NCBI GenBank assembly: GCA_044344255.1
Contig: JBIJDH010000013.1
Span: 128,001-192,000, forward strand
Length of the DNA: 64,000 nucleotides
From: Myxococcota bacterium
GTDB lineage: Bacteria; Myxococcota_A; UBA796; UBA2385
Direction: 5' to 3'
The first letter of the stretch is position 1; each line of letters opens with the position of its first letter. Below are positions 42,096-51,421 of the stretch, piece by piece. The notes under the pieces were generated by a model. It ran no database searches. It saw only the letters and a list, made by a program, of their open reading frames with translations, and was not told where the DNA came from. Both the position numbers and the translations under genes were made by a program.

Positions 42096-42800
42096 ATGCG
42101 CCTATCTCCCTCCATCGCTGCCCTCACCTTCACCGGGCTCCAAGGCTGCGTGAATTTCAAGTCCGACGAGACGGGCGCCCACGCCCTCTCCTACGACGGG
42201 TCTCCCTCCTGCGCCCAGGTTGCGGGCTTCGACGTCGCCCCCGCCGCCTTCACCGCGGAGGCCTGGGTGCGCGGCCAGGCGGACCTCTCCTACGAGGACC
42301 ACCCCCTGATCGAGCTCCCCGGGGCCTTCGCGCTCACCCTCGATCCCGATGGCCTCGCCCAGCTCACCGATGGCACGGCCACCCGGGCCGGCGCCTCCTC
42401 GCCCTTCGACTGGCTGGACGGTGAGCTGCACCACGTCGCCGGAACGTGGGACGGCTCCACGTCGACGCTCTGGATCGACGGCGCCCAGCTCGCCTTCAAC
42501 TCCACCGTGACCTACTTCGGGGCCTCCTCCGAGGTCCTCTACGTCGGCTGCCAGCCCCGGGAGGACGTCTACCACGAGGGCCTGATCGACGAGGTCAGAA
42601 TATCTGATAACGCGCGTTATACCGAAGACTTCGCCCCGCCTTCCGGGCCCTTCGAGGTGGACGCCCACACCCTCGCCCTCTTTCACTTCAGCGAGGGAGA
42701 CGGGGACGAGACCGCCGACGAGACGGGCCAGTGGGTGGCCAGCCTGGAGGCGGTAGAATGGGTGGCCTTCACCCTTGGAGGAGAGTCCGCGGGGGAATAG
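42096..42800 (+). CDS. LamG/concanavalin-like domain lipoprotein
   Basis: Lipobox LQGC; FTAEAWVR, HHVAGTWDG...LWIDG, GLIDEVRISD...LFHFSEG. Confidence 0.8.
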   Translation: MRLSPSIAALTFTGLQGCVNFKSDETGAHALSYDGSPSCAQVAGFDVAPAAFTAEAWVRGQADLSYEDHPLIELPGAFALTLDPDGLAQLTDGTATRAGASSPFDWLDGELHHVAGTWDGSTSTLWIDGAQLAFNSTVTYFGASSEVLYVGCQPREDVYHEGLIDEVRISDNARYTEDFAPPSGPFEVDAHTLALFHFSEGDGDETADETGQWVASLEAVEWVAFTLGGESAGE

Positions 42801-42822
42801 CTTCGGGGTCCAGGAGCCCACC

Positions 42823-44055
42823 ATGCCCTCGCCGACCTCGCCGACCTCGCCGACCTCGCCTCCCGCCGCCGCTGGCGCCGCGCCCCGATCCGGCAAGTCC
42901 CGAATCGCCATCGTCCGCACGACGCCCAAGACCGTGCTCGACGACTACGCCCGCCTCCTGGACCTCTCGGCCTATCAGGGTGTGCTCGACCCGAACGCCA
43001 CCACCATCCTCAAGAACAACATCTCCTGGCACCTGCTCTACCCGAGCGCCAACTCCACCCCCTGGCAGATCGAGGGCGTGGTGCGAAAGCTCCGAAAGGA
43101 CGGGTACAAAGACCTCGTCGTGGTCGAGAACCGCACGGTGGTCACCCAGGCGAAGAAGGGTGAGAAGCTCAACAACTTCACCCCGGTCCACGAGCGCTAC
43201 AACCTGCCGGTGAAGTACAACTTCAACCCGGCCGACATGCGCTGGGTGACCTACGAGCCCAAGGGCCCGATGCTGGTGCTCGACAAGGTCTACCCAAAGG
43301 GCATCCGCATCCCGGACTACTTCTTCGGCAAGAACGTGGTGCACCTGCCGACGGTGAAGACCCACATCTACACCGACTACACGTGCGCCCTCAAGAACGC
43401 GTTCGGCGGTCTGCTCGATGTAACGCGGCATTATACACACCCCGTCATCCACGAGACCCTCGTTGACCTCCTGCGCATCCAGCAGGAGATTCAGGCCAGC
43501 ACCTTCGCCGTGGCCGACGCCACGACCGCAGGCAGCGGGCCCGGCCCGCGCACGATGATCCCCCAGGTGAAGAACCTGCTCATCGCCGGCGCCGATCAGG
43601 TGGCGGTCGACGCCGTCGCCGCCAAGCTGATCGGCTTCGACCCCATGAGCATCAAGTGCATCCGCCTCGCCACCGAGGCGGGCCTCGGCAACGGCCACCT
43701 CGATGACATCGAGATCGTGGGCGATATGGACACCGCCGAGGTCAAGCGCACCAGCTGGGAGTTCGTGGTCGGCGACAACGCCGCCAGCAAGGTGGGAGAC
43801 CTCTTCTGGTTCGGCCCGATGAAGCCCATCTCCCGGCTGATGTTTCAGACCCCGCTGGTCAACGCCTTCATCATGGGCAGCTTCATCTACCACGACTACA
43901 TCTGGTACCCGACCGAAGGGAAGAAGATCGTGGATCAATGGCTGCGGGACACCGAGTGGGGCCAGCACTTCCTCACCTACGGTGACCCCTTCGCCGCCGC
44001 CCCCGAGTCGCCGCGGGAGGGCCTGCTCTCTCGTTTGATGTCCCGGCCCGCCTGA
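42823..44055 (+). CDS. DUF362 domain protein
   Basis: ILKNNISWH, TPWQIEGVV, HLPTVKTH...ALKNAFGGL, DQVAVDAVAAKLIGFDP; AGGAG RBS. Confidence 0.8.
   Translation: MPSPTSPTSPTSPPAAAGAAPRSGKSRIAIVRTTPKTVLDDYARLLDLSAYQGVLDPNATTILKNNISWHLLYPSANSTPWQIEGVVRKLRKDGYKDLVVVENRTVVTQAKKGEKLNNFTPVHERYNLPVKYNFNPADMRWVTYEPKGPMLVLDKVYPKGIRIPDYFFGKNVVHLPTVKTHIYTDYTCALKNAFGGLLDVTRHYTHPVIHETLVDLLRIQQEIQASTFAVADATTAGSGPGPRTMIPQVKNLLIAGADQVAVDAVAAKLIGFDPMSIKCIRLATEAGLGNGHLDDIEIVGDMDTAEVKRTSWEFVVGDNAASKVGDLFWFGPMKPISRLMFQTPLVNAFIMGSFIYHDYIWYPTEGKKIVDQWLRDTEWGQHFLTYGDPFAAAPESPREGLLSRLMSRPA
42828..42859 (+). repeat. 9-bp tandem repeat CTCGCCGAC, about 3.5 copies (encodes SPT repeats)
   Basis: ctcgccgac-ctcgccgac-ctcgccgac-ctcgc read directly. 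Confidence 0.8.
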
Positions 44056-44107
44056 GGCCCCGGGCCCGCCGGAGACGGGGCCGGGGCCGGGGCCACCGGC
44101 GCCTCAG
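44051..44107. terminator. GC-rich hairpin between convergent DUF362 and DHS-like genes
   Basis: GGCCCCGGGCCCG...CGGGGCCGGGGCC flanked by CTGAGGC/GCCTCAG. Confidence 0.4.
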
Positions 44108-45126
44108 AAGCCGAGCGAGGCGATGAGGGCCCGCGCGCCCTCCGGGTTGGCCTTACACTCGAGCAGGGCCCGGAGGATGAGCGGCGCCACGATGGTGGCG
44201 TCGGACTCGATCACGAACATCGGGGTGTCTTCGGTCAGCTTGTCCCAGGTGATCTTCTCGTTGGGCGTGGCCCCCGAGTACGAGCCGTAGGAGGTCGTCG
44301 AGTCGGAGATCTGGCAGAAGTAGGCCCAGGGCTTCACCGGGCGGCCCACGTCATACTTGATGGAGGGCACCACGCAGATCGGGAAGTCTCCAGCGATGCC
44401 CCCGCCGATCTGGAAGAAGCCCACGCCCGCGCCCTCCGCGAGGGCCTCGTACTGGTCGTACCAGGCGGCCATGTACTCGATGCCGGACTTGACGATCAAG
44501 GCGCTGCACTCGCCGTGGTAGACGTGGCTGGCGAAGATGTTGCCGAAGGTGGAGTCTTCGTGCCCGGGCACCACGATCGGCAGCCCCGCGCGAGCGGCGG
44601 CGAGCAGCCAGCACTCGTCGGCCTTGCCCTCGTAGGTCGCCGGATCGACCTGCTGGATCAGATCGTAGAAGTACTCGTGCCAGAACCGCCGGGTCTGGTT
44701 CTCGGTGGCGGCGGTCCACATCGGGACGATGATCTTCTCGACGGCGCGGAAGGCTTCGTCCTCGGGGATGCTCGTGTCGGTCACCCGGCGCATCCGGTCT
44801 TCTAGGATGCGGGTGTCATCCTGCTTGGTGAAGTAGCGGTAGTCGGGAAAGTCCTTGTAGCCGTGGTGGGCCACGAGGCGAAACAGCGACTCCTCGAGGT
44901 TGGCGCCAGTGACGGACAGGCCGTGGATGAGCCCCGCGCGGATCGCGGGGGCCAGCGTGATGCCGAGCTGGGCCGAGGACATCGCCCCCGCCACGGCCCA
45001 GAACATCCGGCCGCCGCCGTCGATGTGGCGCCAATAGGCGAGCAGCGCGTCCCGGGTGGCCCGGGCGTTGAAGTTCTTGTAGTCGCTCAGGATGAAGCTG
45101 AGGATTGGAAATTCAGAGCTGGACAC
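44104..45126 (-). CDS. Deoxyhypusine synthase-like protein (probable homospermidine synthase)
   Basis: AGAMSSA, TGANLEE, EDSTFGN, IGGGIAGDF, SYGSYSGATPNEKITWDKL, ESDATIVAPL; GTG start inferred. Confidence 0.88.
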   Translation of the reverse strand: MSSSEFPILSFILSDYKNFNARATRDALLAYWRHIDGGGRMFWAVAGAMSSAQLGITLAPAIRAGLIHGLSVTGANLEESLFRLVAHHGYKDFPDYRYFTKQDDTRILEDRMRRVTDTSIPEDEAFRAVEKIIVPMWTAATENQTRRFWHEYFYDLIQQVDPATYEGKADECWLLAAARAGLPIVVPGHEDSTFGNIFASHVYHGECSALIVKSGIEYMAAWYDQYEALAEGAGVGFFQIGGGIAGDFPICVVPSIKYDVGRPVKPWAYFCQISDSTTSYGSYSGATPNEKITWDKLTEDTPMFVIESDATIVAPLILRALLECKANPEGARALIASLGF

Positions 45127-45235
45127 GGCGGCACCTTCTCGACAGGGTTCTCGATCGGGGGTCTCGACCGGGAGCGGAGCGCGAATTTCGGCCCCGGGCC
45201 CCGCCGGTATGACGGGAGCAGGGGGAGCGCCAGCG

Positions 45236-46489
45236 TCACCGAGGGAGGGACCGGCGTAAGGCCACGAGGCCCGCCGTGAGGGCACCACCGCCGAGCAGCC
45301 GGGCGAACAAGGCACGCCAGCGGCCATCGGCCTCCCCTGAGCCCTCACTGAACCCAACCGCCGACACGACGGCGAGGCGGGGTGGAGCCTCCGGGGGCAG
45401 CCGCTCGACCGGCGCCGCCGAGGCGGAGAGGATGTACGGGGCGGCGAGCGAGCCGTCTTGCTGGTCGCTGCTGTCGACGGCCAGCCACCAGAGGCCGGGC
45501 TCGAGCGCCGCCGAGAGGTCCGTGGCGTCGTGGTCGATACAGCCCTCCGCGGCGGGGCGCTGGCTGAGGAAGAGGTGCAAGCGACCCGGGCGATCCCGAC
45601 GGATCCCCGCGTCATGGCTCAACCGGAGGGACACGCGGGCGGGGGCGTCGAGGCGCAGGCGATACCAGACCTCGGGGCCGCCGAACGGGAGGTCGGGCGC
45701 GCAAGGCCACCGCTCCACCGCCGAGCCTGCGCCGGCCGTGCTCCAGCGCTGATCCTGGTAGGGCAGTCGGTCGATCTCCCGCGCGGCGACGAGGGCACCC
45801 ACGGGGGCGCTGTCCCGGATCTTTCGATATCGAACCGGCGTCATCCCCCGCAGATGCGGCCAGCCCGTGAACAGGCGAACCCGCATCGCGGCGCTCGAGG
45901 CCTCAAAGTAAACGGGCTGCCCGAGGGCGCTGCGCCCCGCCCAGATCACCACGTGGGAGCCAGCTTTCTTGAGGGCATCTCCGGGCTTGAGGTCGGCGAG
46001 GGCTCCGAGGCGCGGCGCCAGCCGGGCCAGCATCCCCGTGCCGTACTTCTTGGGGAGGCCCCACGCCACAGACAACAAGCCCGAGCAGTCCACGCCGGTG
46101 TTGCAGGTCTGGAAGCCCTGTGAGGCGCGGCTACCGGCGCCAGCCCCGCGCGCAATGGCCGCGTCGAATTCGGTGAGGCTGGCCCCGCCGCCCCAGTCGT
46201 AGGGTACGCCCCGGTATTCCCCGGGCGGGAACACGCTCTGGTAGCAGCTCCTCCGTCCGCCCCCCTCCGTCTGACAGGGCCGCCGACAGCGACCGAGTCG
46301 GTTCTGCTCCGCCGCCTCCCAGGGGTGGGTGGCGTAGGCCGCCGCGCGGTCGAGCACGCTGTCTCGATCGACGACGGCCGTACGGCCCTCTCCCCGGGCG
46401 ACGCTCGGGTTCACGCCGAGCGGGAGGGCCAGACCAAGGCGGAGGGCCAGGCCGAGGCGGAGGCCAAGTTTGAGGCGCGGAGCGGACAT
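45236..46489 (-). CDS. Secreted NlpC/P60-like cell-wall hydrolase with C-terminal PPC-like domain and membrane tail
   Basis: GVPYDWGG, GVDCSGL, LKPGDAL...SHVVI; GPEVWYRL...LEPGLWWLAVD; hydrophobic then basic C-terminal tail. Confidence 0.65.
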   Translation of the reverse strand: MSAPRLKLGLRLGLALRLGLALPLGVNPSVARGEGRTAVVDRDSVLDRAAAYATHPWEAAEQNRLGRCRRPCQTEGGGRRSCYQSVFPPGEYRGVPYDWGGGASLTEFDAAIARGAGAGSRASQGFQTCNTGVDCSGLLSVAWGLPKKYGTGMLARLAPRLGALADLKPGDALKKAGSHVVIWAGRSALGQPVYFEASSAAMRVRLFTGWPHLRGMTPVRYRKIRDSAPVGALVAAREIDRLPYQDQRWSTAGAGSAVERWPCAPDLPFGGPEVWYRLRLDAPARVSLRLSHDAGIRRDRPGRLHLFLSQRPAAEGCIDHDATDLSAALEPGLWWLAVDSSDQQDGSLAAPYILSASAAPVERLPPEAPPRLAVVSAVGFSEGSGEADGRWRALFARLLGGGALTAGLVALRRSLPR

Positions 46490-46602
46490 GGGGCGGAGCG
46501 GCGTACGGAAGGTGGTGACAGCGGGCAGGCATGCTACCGCGGCGGGGCCTTGCGCAGCATCCCGTTGTCGCTACACTCGGCGGGAAGGGGGAGCCGGTTC
46601 CG

Positions 46603-47376
46603 ATGAGCGTCTACTACCGCCCCGTGGGCACCGAGGTGGAGGTCTTCCTCACCGCCGCCCGCCTGGACCTCCCCCTCCTCCTCAAAGGGCCGACCGGCTG
46701 CGGAAAGACTCGCTTTGTCCGAGCGATGGCCGAGCGGCTCGGGCGGCCGTTGATCACGGTCGCCTGCCAGGAGGACCTCGCCGCCGCAGACCTCACCGGC
46801 CGCTTCCTGCTCGAGGGCGGGGAGACGGTCTGGCACGACGGCCCCCTCACCCGTGCGCTGCGCGAGGGGGCGATCTGCTACCTCGACGAGGTCGTGGAGG
46901 CCCGCGCCGACGTGCTCACCGTCCTCCACCCCCTGACCGACGACCGCCGCCGCCTCCCCCTCGAGCGCCTCGGTGTGGAGGTGGAGGCGGCGCCTGGCTT
47001 CCTCGTCGTGGTCTCCTACAACCCCGGGTACCAGTCCGCCGCTCGCGAGCTCAAGGAGAGCACGCGTCAGCGCTTCGTCGCCCTCTCCTTCGATTACCCC
47101 GCCGAGGCCGTAGAGGCCGAGATCGTGGCCCATGAGGCGGGCTGTGCGGCCACGCTCGCCGCGCAGGTGGTGCGCCTAGGGCGGGCCACGCGCAACCTGA
47201 AGAACCACGGGCTGCGGGAGGGGGCCTCCACCCGCGTGCTCATCCACACCGCCCGACTCGCCGCGAGCGGCCTCTCCCTTCAAGAGGCCGCCCTCGCCGG
47301 ACTGGTGGGCCCCCTCACCGACGACCCCGAGATGACCCGCTCCCTCCGCGAGCTCCTGCGGAGCGCCCTCGGCTGA
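46603..47376 (+). CDS. norQ: CbbQ/NirQ/NorQ-family MoxR AAA+ ATPase
   Basis: LLKGPTGCGKTRFV, WHDGPLTRA, YLDEVVEAR, HPLTDDRR, SYNPGYQ, STRQRF, EGASTR. Confidence 0.9.
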   Translation: MSVYYRPVGTEVEVFLTAARLDLPLLLKGPTGCGKTRFVRAMAERLGRPLITVACQEDLAAADLTGRFLLEGGETVWHDGPLTRALREGAICYLDEVVEARADVLTVLHPLTDDRRRLPLERLGVEVEAAPGFLVVVSYNPGYQSAARELKESTRQRFVALSFDYPAEAVEAEIVAHEAGCAATLAAQVVRLGRATRNLKNHGLREGASTRVLIHTARLAASGLSLQEAALAGLVGPLTDDPEMTRSLRELLRSALG

Positions 47377-49292
47377 TGGGGGCCCCCACCTGGCCCCCCA
47401 CGCCGGAGGCGGCCCACCGCGCCACCCGCGACGAGTACGGCGAGGCGGCCCGCGCGGTCCTCGCCTTCGAGACCGACGAGGAGGCGGAGGTCGCGCTGCT
47501 CCGCCACTTCCTCCACGGCGCGCCGCCGAAGGAGCTCGGCAGCGGGGAGGCCGTCGGCACCACCCTCGTCGGGGAGGAGCGCGCGCTCTCGGCCTGGCTG
47601 CGCATGGTGAGCGGCGCCGAGGTGAGCCTCGCGGCCTCCGACCCGCCCACGACCGACGGCCGCAGCCTCTTCCTCCCGGCCGCCCTCCCCGCCCCGGCCC
47701 GGCCCGCCGAGGACAGCCTGCTCTACCGCGGGATGGCCCTCCTCCAGCTCGGCCTGCTGCAATGGGGCTTCTTACAGAGCCGCGCCCTGCTCGCGGAGCT
47801 GCACCGGGACTGGGTGTATCGGAGCTGCTACCACCTCCTGGCGGCCAGGGCGGTCTGCCACCTCTGGGCCCGTGGCTGGCCGGGGATCGCCGCCGATCTA
47901 CGCGCCGTGGGCGTGCTCGACGCCGCCGGACTGCTGCGGGTGAACGTAGCGCGGGTGCCGCTCCGCTCGGTGCCCGCAGACTTCCTGCCCCTCTACGAGG
48001 GACTGCTGCCCTTCGTCGGGCCCGCGGGCGCGGCGGGAGAGGCGGCGCGTCAGGCCCTCGCGGCGGTCGACCGAGTCTCCACGCCGGCCGCGGCCCCCCT
48101 CGTCGTCGCCGGTCAGGCCCAAGCGCTCCGGGCGGCCTTCCGCCAGCGACGGCTGGGGCCCCCTCCCCTGCCGGCCTGGCTGGGGGTGATCCGCCCGGAG
48201 TGGCTGCTCCACGACCTCCGCGCCGAGCTGCAGGCTGGCGAAGCCTGGAAGGCGGGCCCGAAGCCGCTCCAGCTGCTGCAGGCGGCGATGCGCCGCGGTG
48301 AGGGCCCGGGCGGGGTACCCGAACGGCTGCGCGCCCTGCTCCGAGGGGCCAGCCCACCACCGCGGGCCGCCGAGAGCGGGCCCAGCGACGAGGCCGCACC
48401 GCCCCCCGAGGCCGACGGGAGCAGCGTCTACGACGAGTGGAGCGAGCCGCGGGGCCGCTACCGCCTGGGGGTGACGCGGGTGGTGGAGGTCGACGCCCCG
48501 GGCGGCTCGCTCGAGCCCTATCAGCGCCTCGCCGATGCGCACCGCACCGAGCGAGATGAGCTCAGACGCCGCTTCTCGGCCTTGCGGGTGGAGCCGCGTT
48601 GGCTGCACGCCCAGCCCGACGGCGCTGAGCTCGACCTCGACCGGGCCATCTCCGCCGCCGTCGATCGCCGGGCCGGTCACAGCGGCCGCGAAGATTGGCA
48701 CACCCGCTTCGTGCGGGAGCGCTCCGCCGTCGCGATCCTGGTGCTGGTCGATGTCTCCGGCTCGACCCAGGGTGAGATCATCCGCCTCGAGCAGACCGCG
48801 CTCATCTTGCTGGAGGAGGGCCTCGACGCCCTCGGCTTCCCCCACGCCATCTACGGGTTCTCCAACCAGGGGCCGCGCGACTGCCGCTTCCAGCGCATCC
48901 AGGCCTTCGGCGAGCCGCGCTCGGAGGCCGTGTTCCGGCGCCTCGGCAACCTCCGGGCGGGCGGCGCCACCCGCCTCGGGGCCTTCCTCCGCCACGCCGG
49001 GCGGCGGCTCCAAGCCCGCGGGGAGGCCAAGAGGCTGCTGCTCGTCCTCTCCGACGGCCGCCCGCACTGTGAAGGGGAGTACCGCGACAGCTTCGGGGTG
49101 CGCGACAGCGCGATGGCGGTCGCCGAGCTGCGATCGCTGGGCGTGCTCACCCACTTCGTGAGCCTCGACCGCCAGGCCCGGGCCGCCGACTACCTCCGTG
49201 AGATCAGCGGCCCCACGGGCTTCCTCATCTTAGAGAGGCCCGACGAGCTCCCCCGCCGCCTGCCCGAGGTGCTGCGCCGTCTGCTGCGCTGA
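47376..49292 (+). CDS. norD: NorD/CbbO-family vWA partner protein
   Basis: PTTDGRSLFLP, YDEW, DGAELDLDRA, MIDAS DVSGST, TRLGAFLRHA, LSDGRP; TGATG coupling with norQ. Confidence 0.85.
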   Translation: MGAPTWPPTPEAAHRATRDEYGEAARAVLAFETDEEAEVALLRHFLHGAPPKELGSGEAVGTTLVGEERALSAWLRMVSGAEVSLAASDPPTTDGRSLFLPAALPAPARPAEDSLLYRGMALLQLGLLQWGFLQSRALLAELHRDWVYRSCYHLLAARAVCHLWARGWPGIAADLRAVGVLDAAGLLRVNVARVPLRSVPADFLPLYEGLLPFVGPAGAAGEAARQALAAVDRVSTPAAAPLVVAGQAQALRAAFRQRRLGPPPLPAWLGVIRPEWLLHDLRAELQAGEAWKAGPKPLQLLQAAMRRGEGPGGVPERLRALLRGASPPPRAAESGPSDEAAPPPEADGSSVYDEWSEPRGRYRLGVTRVVEVDAPGGSLEPYQRLADAHRTERDELRRRFSALRVEPRWLHAQPDGAELDLDRAISAAVDRRAGHSGREDWHTRFVRERSAVAILVLVDVSGSTQGEIIRLEQTALILLEEGLDALGFPHAIYGFSNQGPRDCRFQRIQAFGEPRSEAVFRRLGNLRAGGATRLGAFLRHAGRRLQARGEAKRLLLVLSDGRPHCEGEYRDSFGVRDSAMAVAELRSLGVLTHFVSLDRQARAADYLREISGPTGFLILERPDELPRRLPEVLRRLLR

Positions 49293-49342
49293 CCCCGCCC
49301 GACGCGGCGGCGGCGCCCCCGCGCCGGCGGCAGCCCCCACAC

Positions 49343-50011
49343 CTACACGGACTGCCAGAGGAAGGCGGTGCCGTTCGGTGAACACTCCCGGGGGCAGACG
49401 AAGAAGTAACCTTCGCCGTCCTCTCCGAAGTTGTAGAGGCTGGGGTCGGCGTCGAGGTCTTCGGGGACCTGCCCGAGGAAGCGCATCGGCAGGTTGCAGC
49501 GCGGACAGGCCGGACGTTCGTCCAGCTCCAGCCACCAGGTCTGACCGAGGAGCTTCGGCCCCTCGGGGACAGCCTCCTGGTCGGCCTCGGTCCACTCGAC
49601 AGGGTCATCGGGGGCGTCGCGCTCGTCCACCTCGCGCACCGCCCCGAGGCACCACTCCGCGAGGGGGGCGGCGGCAGGGTGCTCGGGGGCCGGGAGCAGC
49701 CGGGGAGGCACATCTCCCGTAACCTGAGGTAACAGCGCGTTACACCCAGACTTCGGGTCGTCCGTGGCGCAGCGGCCGGCCGTGGCCGGGTTGTCGCACA
49801 TGAACCAGGACAAGAGGGCCCAGCGCTTGAGGGGGGTGTGCTCCGGGTGCGCCGCGAGCTGACCGCAGAAGCGCATCGGAGAATTGCAGCCCTTACATCG
49901 AGGCCAGACCAGGGCGCCGAGGTCGGTGGGCAGACCGCCGAAGCGGGTCACGGGCGCGGGATCGCCCGGGCTCGCGGGGCGCGCGACCGAGAACACGAAG
50001 GAGGTGACCAC
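49343..50011 (-). CDS. YwqG/DUF1963-like protein with two CxxC-PMRF repeats
   Basis: TRFGGLP...WPRCKGCNSPMRFCGQL and PACPRCNLPMRFLGQV...NFGEDGEGYFF...WQS. Confidence 0.65.
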   Translation of the reverse strand: MVTSFVFSVARPASPGDPAPVTRFGGLPTDLGALVWPRCKGCNSPMRFCGQLAAHPEHTPLKRWALLSWFMCDNPATAGRCATDDPKSGCNALLPQVTGDVPPRLLPAPEHPAAAPLAEWCLGAVREVDERDAPDDPVEWTEADQEAVPEGPKLLGQTWWLELDERPACPRCNLPMRFLGQVPEDLDADPSLYNFGEDGEGYFFVCPRECSPNGTAFLWQSV

Positions 50012-50013
50012 GC

Positions 50014-50856
50014 TCAGGCTCCGGCAGCGGTAGGTTCAGAGGTTGGGACCTGGATCTTCATCGAGAGGTCAACCCAGCGTGCCTGGTGGATGAGCCCGCC
50101 CATGCTCACGAGGTCAAGCCCGAGCGCCGCGAGGCCGGGGAGGCGCTCGCGGGTGATGTTGCCGCTGGCCTCGAAGAGGGCCCTCCCGCGCAAGTGGGAG
50201 ATCACCTCGGCCATCGCCGCGTCGCTCATGTTGTCGAGCAACAGCACCTCGGCCCCCGCAGCGACGGCCTCCTCGGCCTGGGCCATCGACTGCACCTCCA
50301 CCTCGATCCGCAGGAGGTGGTGGGCCCCCCGCCGCGCCGCCCGCAGCGCCGCCGTGATGCCGCCGGCGGCCACGATGTGGTTGTCCTTGATGAGGATGCC
50401 GTCGTAGAGCGCGAAGCGGTGGTTGGCACCCCCGCCGAAGCGCACCGCCCGTCGCTCGAGGGCTCGGAGCAGGGGCACCGTCTTGCGGGTGTCCGTGATC
50501 TTGAGCCCCGGCGCGGCTCGGATCACATCGGCGGTGTGGGTCGCGATGCCCGAGAGGTGCATGAGCAGGTTGAGCGCCGTACGCTCGCCGGTGAGCAAGG
50601 CGCGGAGGGGGCCCTCGGCCCGCGCCACCACGGTGCCGGGCTCGACGGACTCCCCCTCCGCCTGGAGCGGCGTGTAGCGGGCACCGAGCTGGCGGAAGAC
50701 CTCGGCGGCCGCCTCATGGCCGGCCACCACGAGCCGCTCCTTCGCGCGGACGAGGCCGACGCCCGTGGCGGTCGCCGGCACGGTCGCCTCGGTGGTGATG
50801 TCTGCCTGCCCGATGTCTTCGATCAGGGCCTGTCGGATGAGCTCTTGAAGTTCCAT
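50014..50856 (-). CDS. nadC: Quinolinate phosphoribosyltransferase
   Basis: EDIGQADITT, ERTALN, DTRKT, NHRFAL...IKDNHI, EVEV, LLDN, EASGNI. Confidence 0.96.
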   Translation of the reverse strand: MELQELIRQALIEDIGQADITTEATVPATATGVGLVRAKERLVVAGHEAAAEVFRQLGARYTPLQAEGESVEPGTVVARAEGPLRALLTGERTALNLLMHLSGIATHTADVIRAAPGLKITDTRKTVPLLRALERRAVRFGGGANHRFALYDGILIKDNHIVAAGGITAALRAARRGAHHLLRIEVEVQSMAQAEEAVAAGAEVLLLDNMSDAAMAEVISHLRGRALFEASGNITRERLPGLAALGLDLVSMGGLIHQARWVDLSMKIQVPTSEPTAAGA

Positions 50857-50944
50857 CGGCTGGCACTATCCTGCGGGTGGGACGGAGTTGGATTAGGATC
50901 CTCCCGTCCAAGCCTGCGCGCTCCCCAAGCGGGAGCCGCGCACT

Positions 50945-50970
50945 CCTCTCACTCAGGCCTCTCACTCAGG
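50945..50970 (+). repeat. Perfect 13-bp direct repeat CCTCTCACTCAGG x2 overlapping the RBS of the HMA gene
   Basis: Copies at 50945-50957 and 50958-50970; AGGAG starts inside the second copy. Confidence 0.75.
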
Positions 50971-50977
50971 AGCCCCC

Positions 50978-51355
50978 ATGGTCCGCACGATCAGCCTCTT
51001 CTTCGCTACCAGCCTCCTCGGCGTCGCCCTCGCCTGCCCCGGCGGCAAGTGCGCCGACGCAGACTGCGGAAAGACCGCCGAAGCTGGCACGGCCTCCGCC
51101 ACCGACGTCGCCAAGGCGGATGGCACCAAGGCCACCCTGACCGTCTCCGGCATGAGCTGCGGCTCCTGTGCGGGCAAGGTGCAGGCCAAGATCATGGGCG
51201 TGGACGGTGTGAAGGCCGCCGCGGTCGACGCCACCACCGGCAAGGCCCAGGTCGCCTACGACCCCGCCAAGACCAACCTCGACAAGGTCATCGCCGCGGT
51301 CGCCACCGCCGGCCACTTCAGCGCCACGGCCGACGCCCCCGCCAAGGTCAACTGA
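50978..51355 (+). CDS. Exported heavy-metal-associated (HMA; MerP/CopZ-like) protein
   Basis: Signal peptide; GMSCGSC motif; HMA fold pattern. Confidence 0.88.
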   Translation: MVRTISLFFATSLLGVALACPGGKCADADCGKTAEAGTASATDVAKADGTKATLTVSGMSCGSCAGKVQAKIMGVDGVKAAAVDATTGKAQVAYDPAKTNLDKVIAAVATAGHFSATADAPAKVN

Positions 51356-51364
51356 GCCACCGTC

Positions 51365-51408
51365 CTCGCTCGAGCTGTTGAGGGCGCTCCCCTCGCGGCT
51401 CGGGCGAG
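51365..51408. terminator. Hairpin between convergent HMA and romR-like genes
   Basis: CTCGCTCGAGCTG...CGGCTCGGGCGAG with an inner GAGGG/CCCTC stem. Confidence 0.45.
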
Positions 51409-51421
51409 CTGGGCCGCCGGC

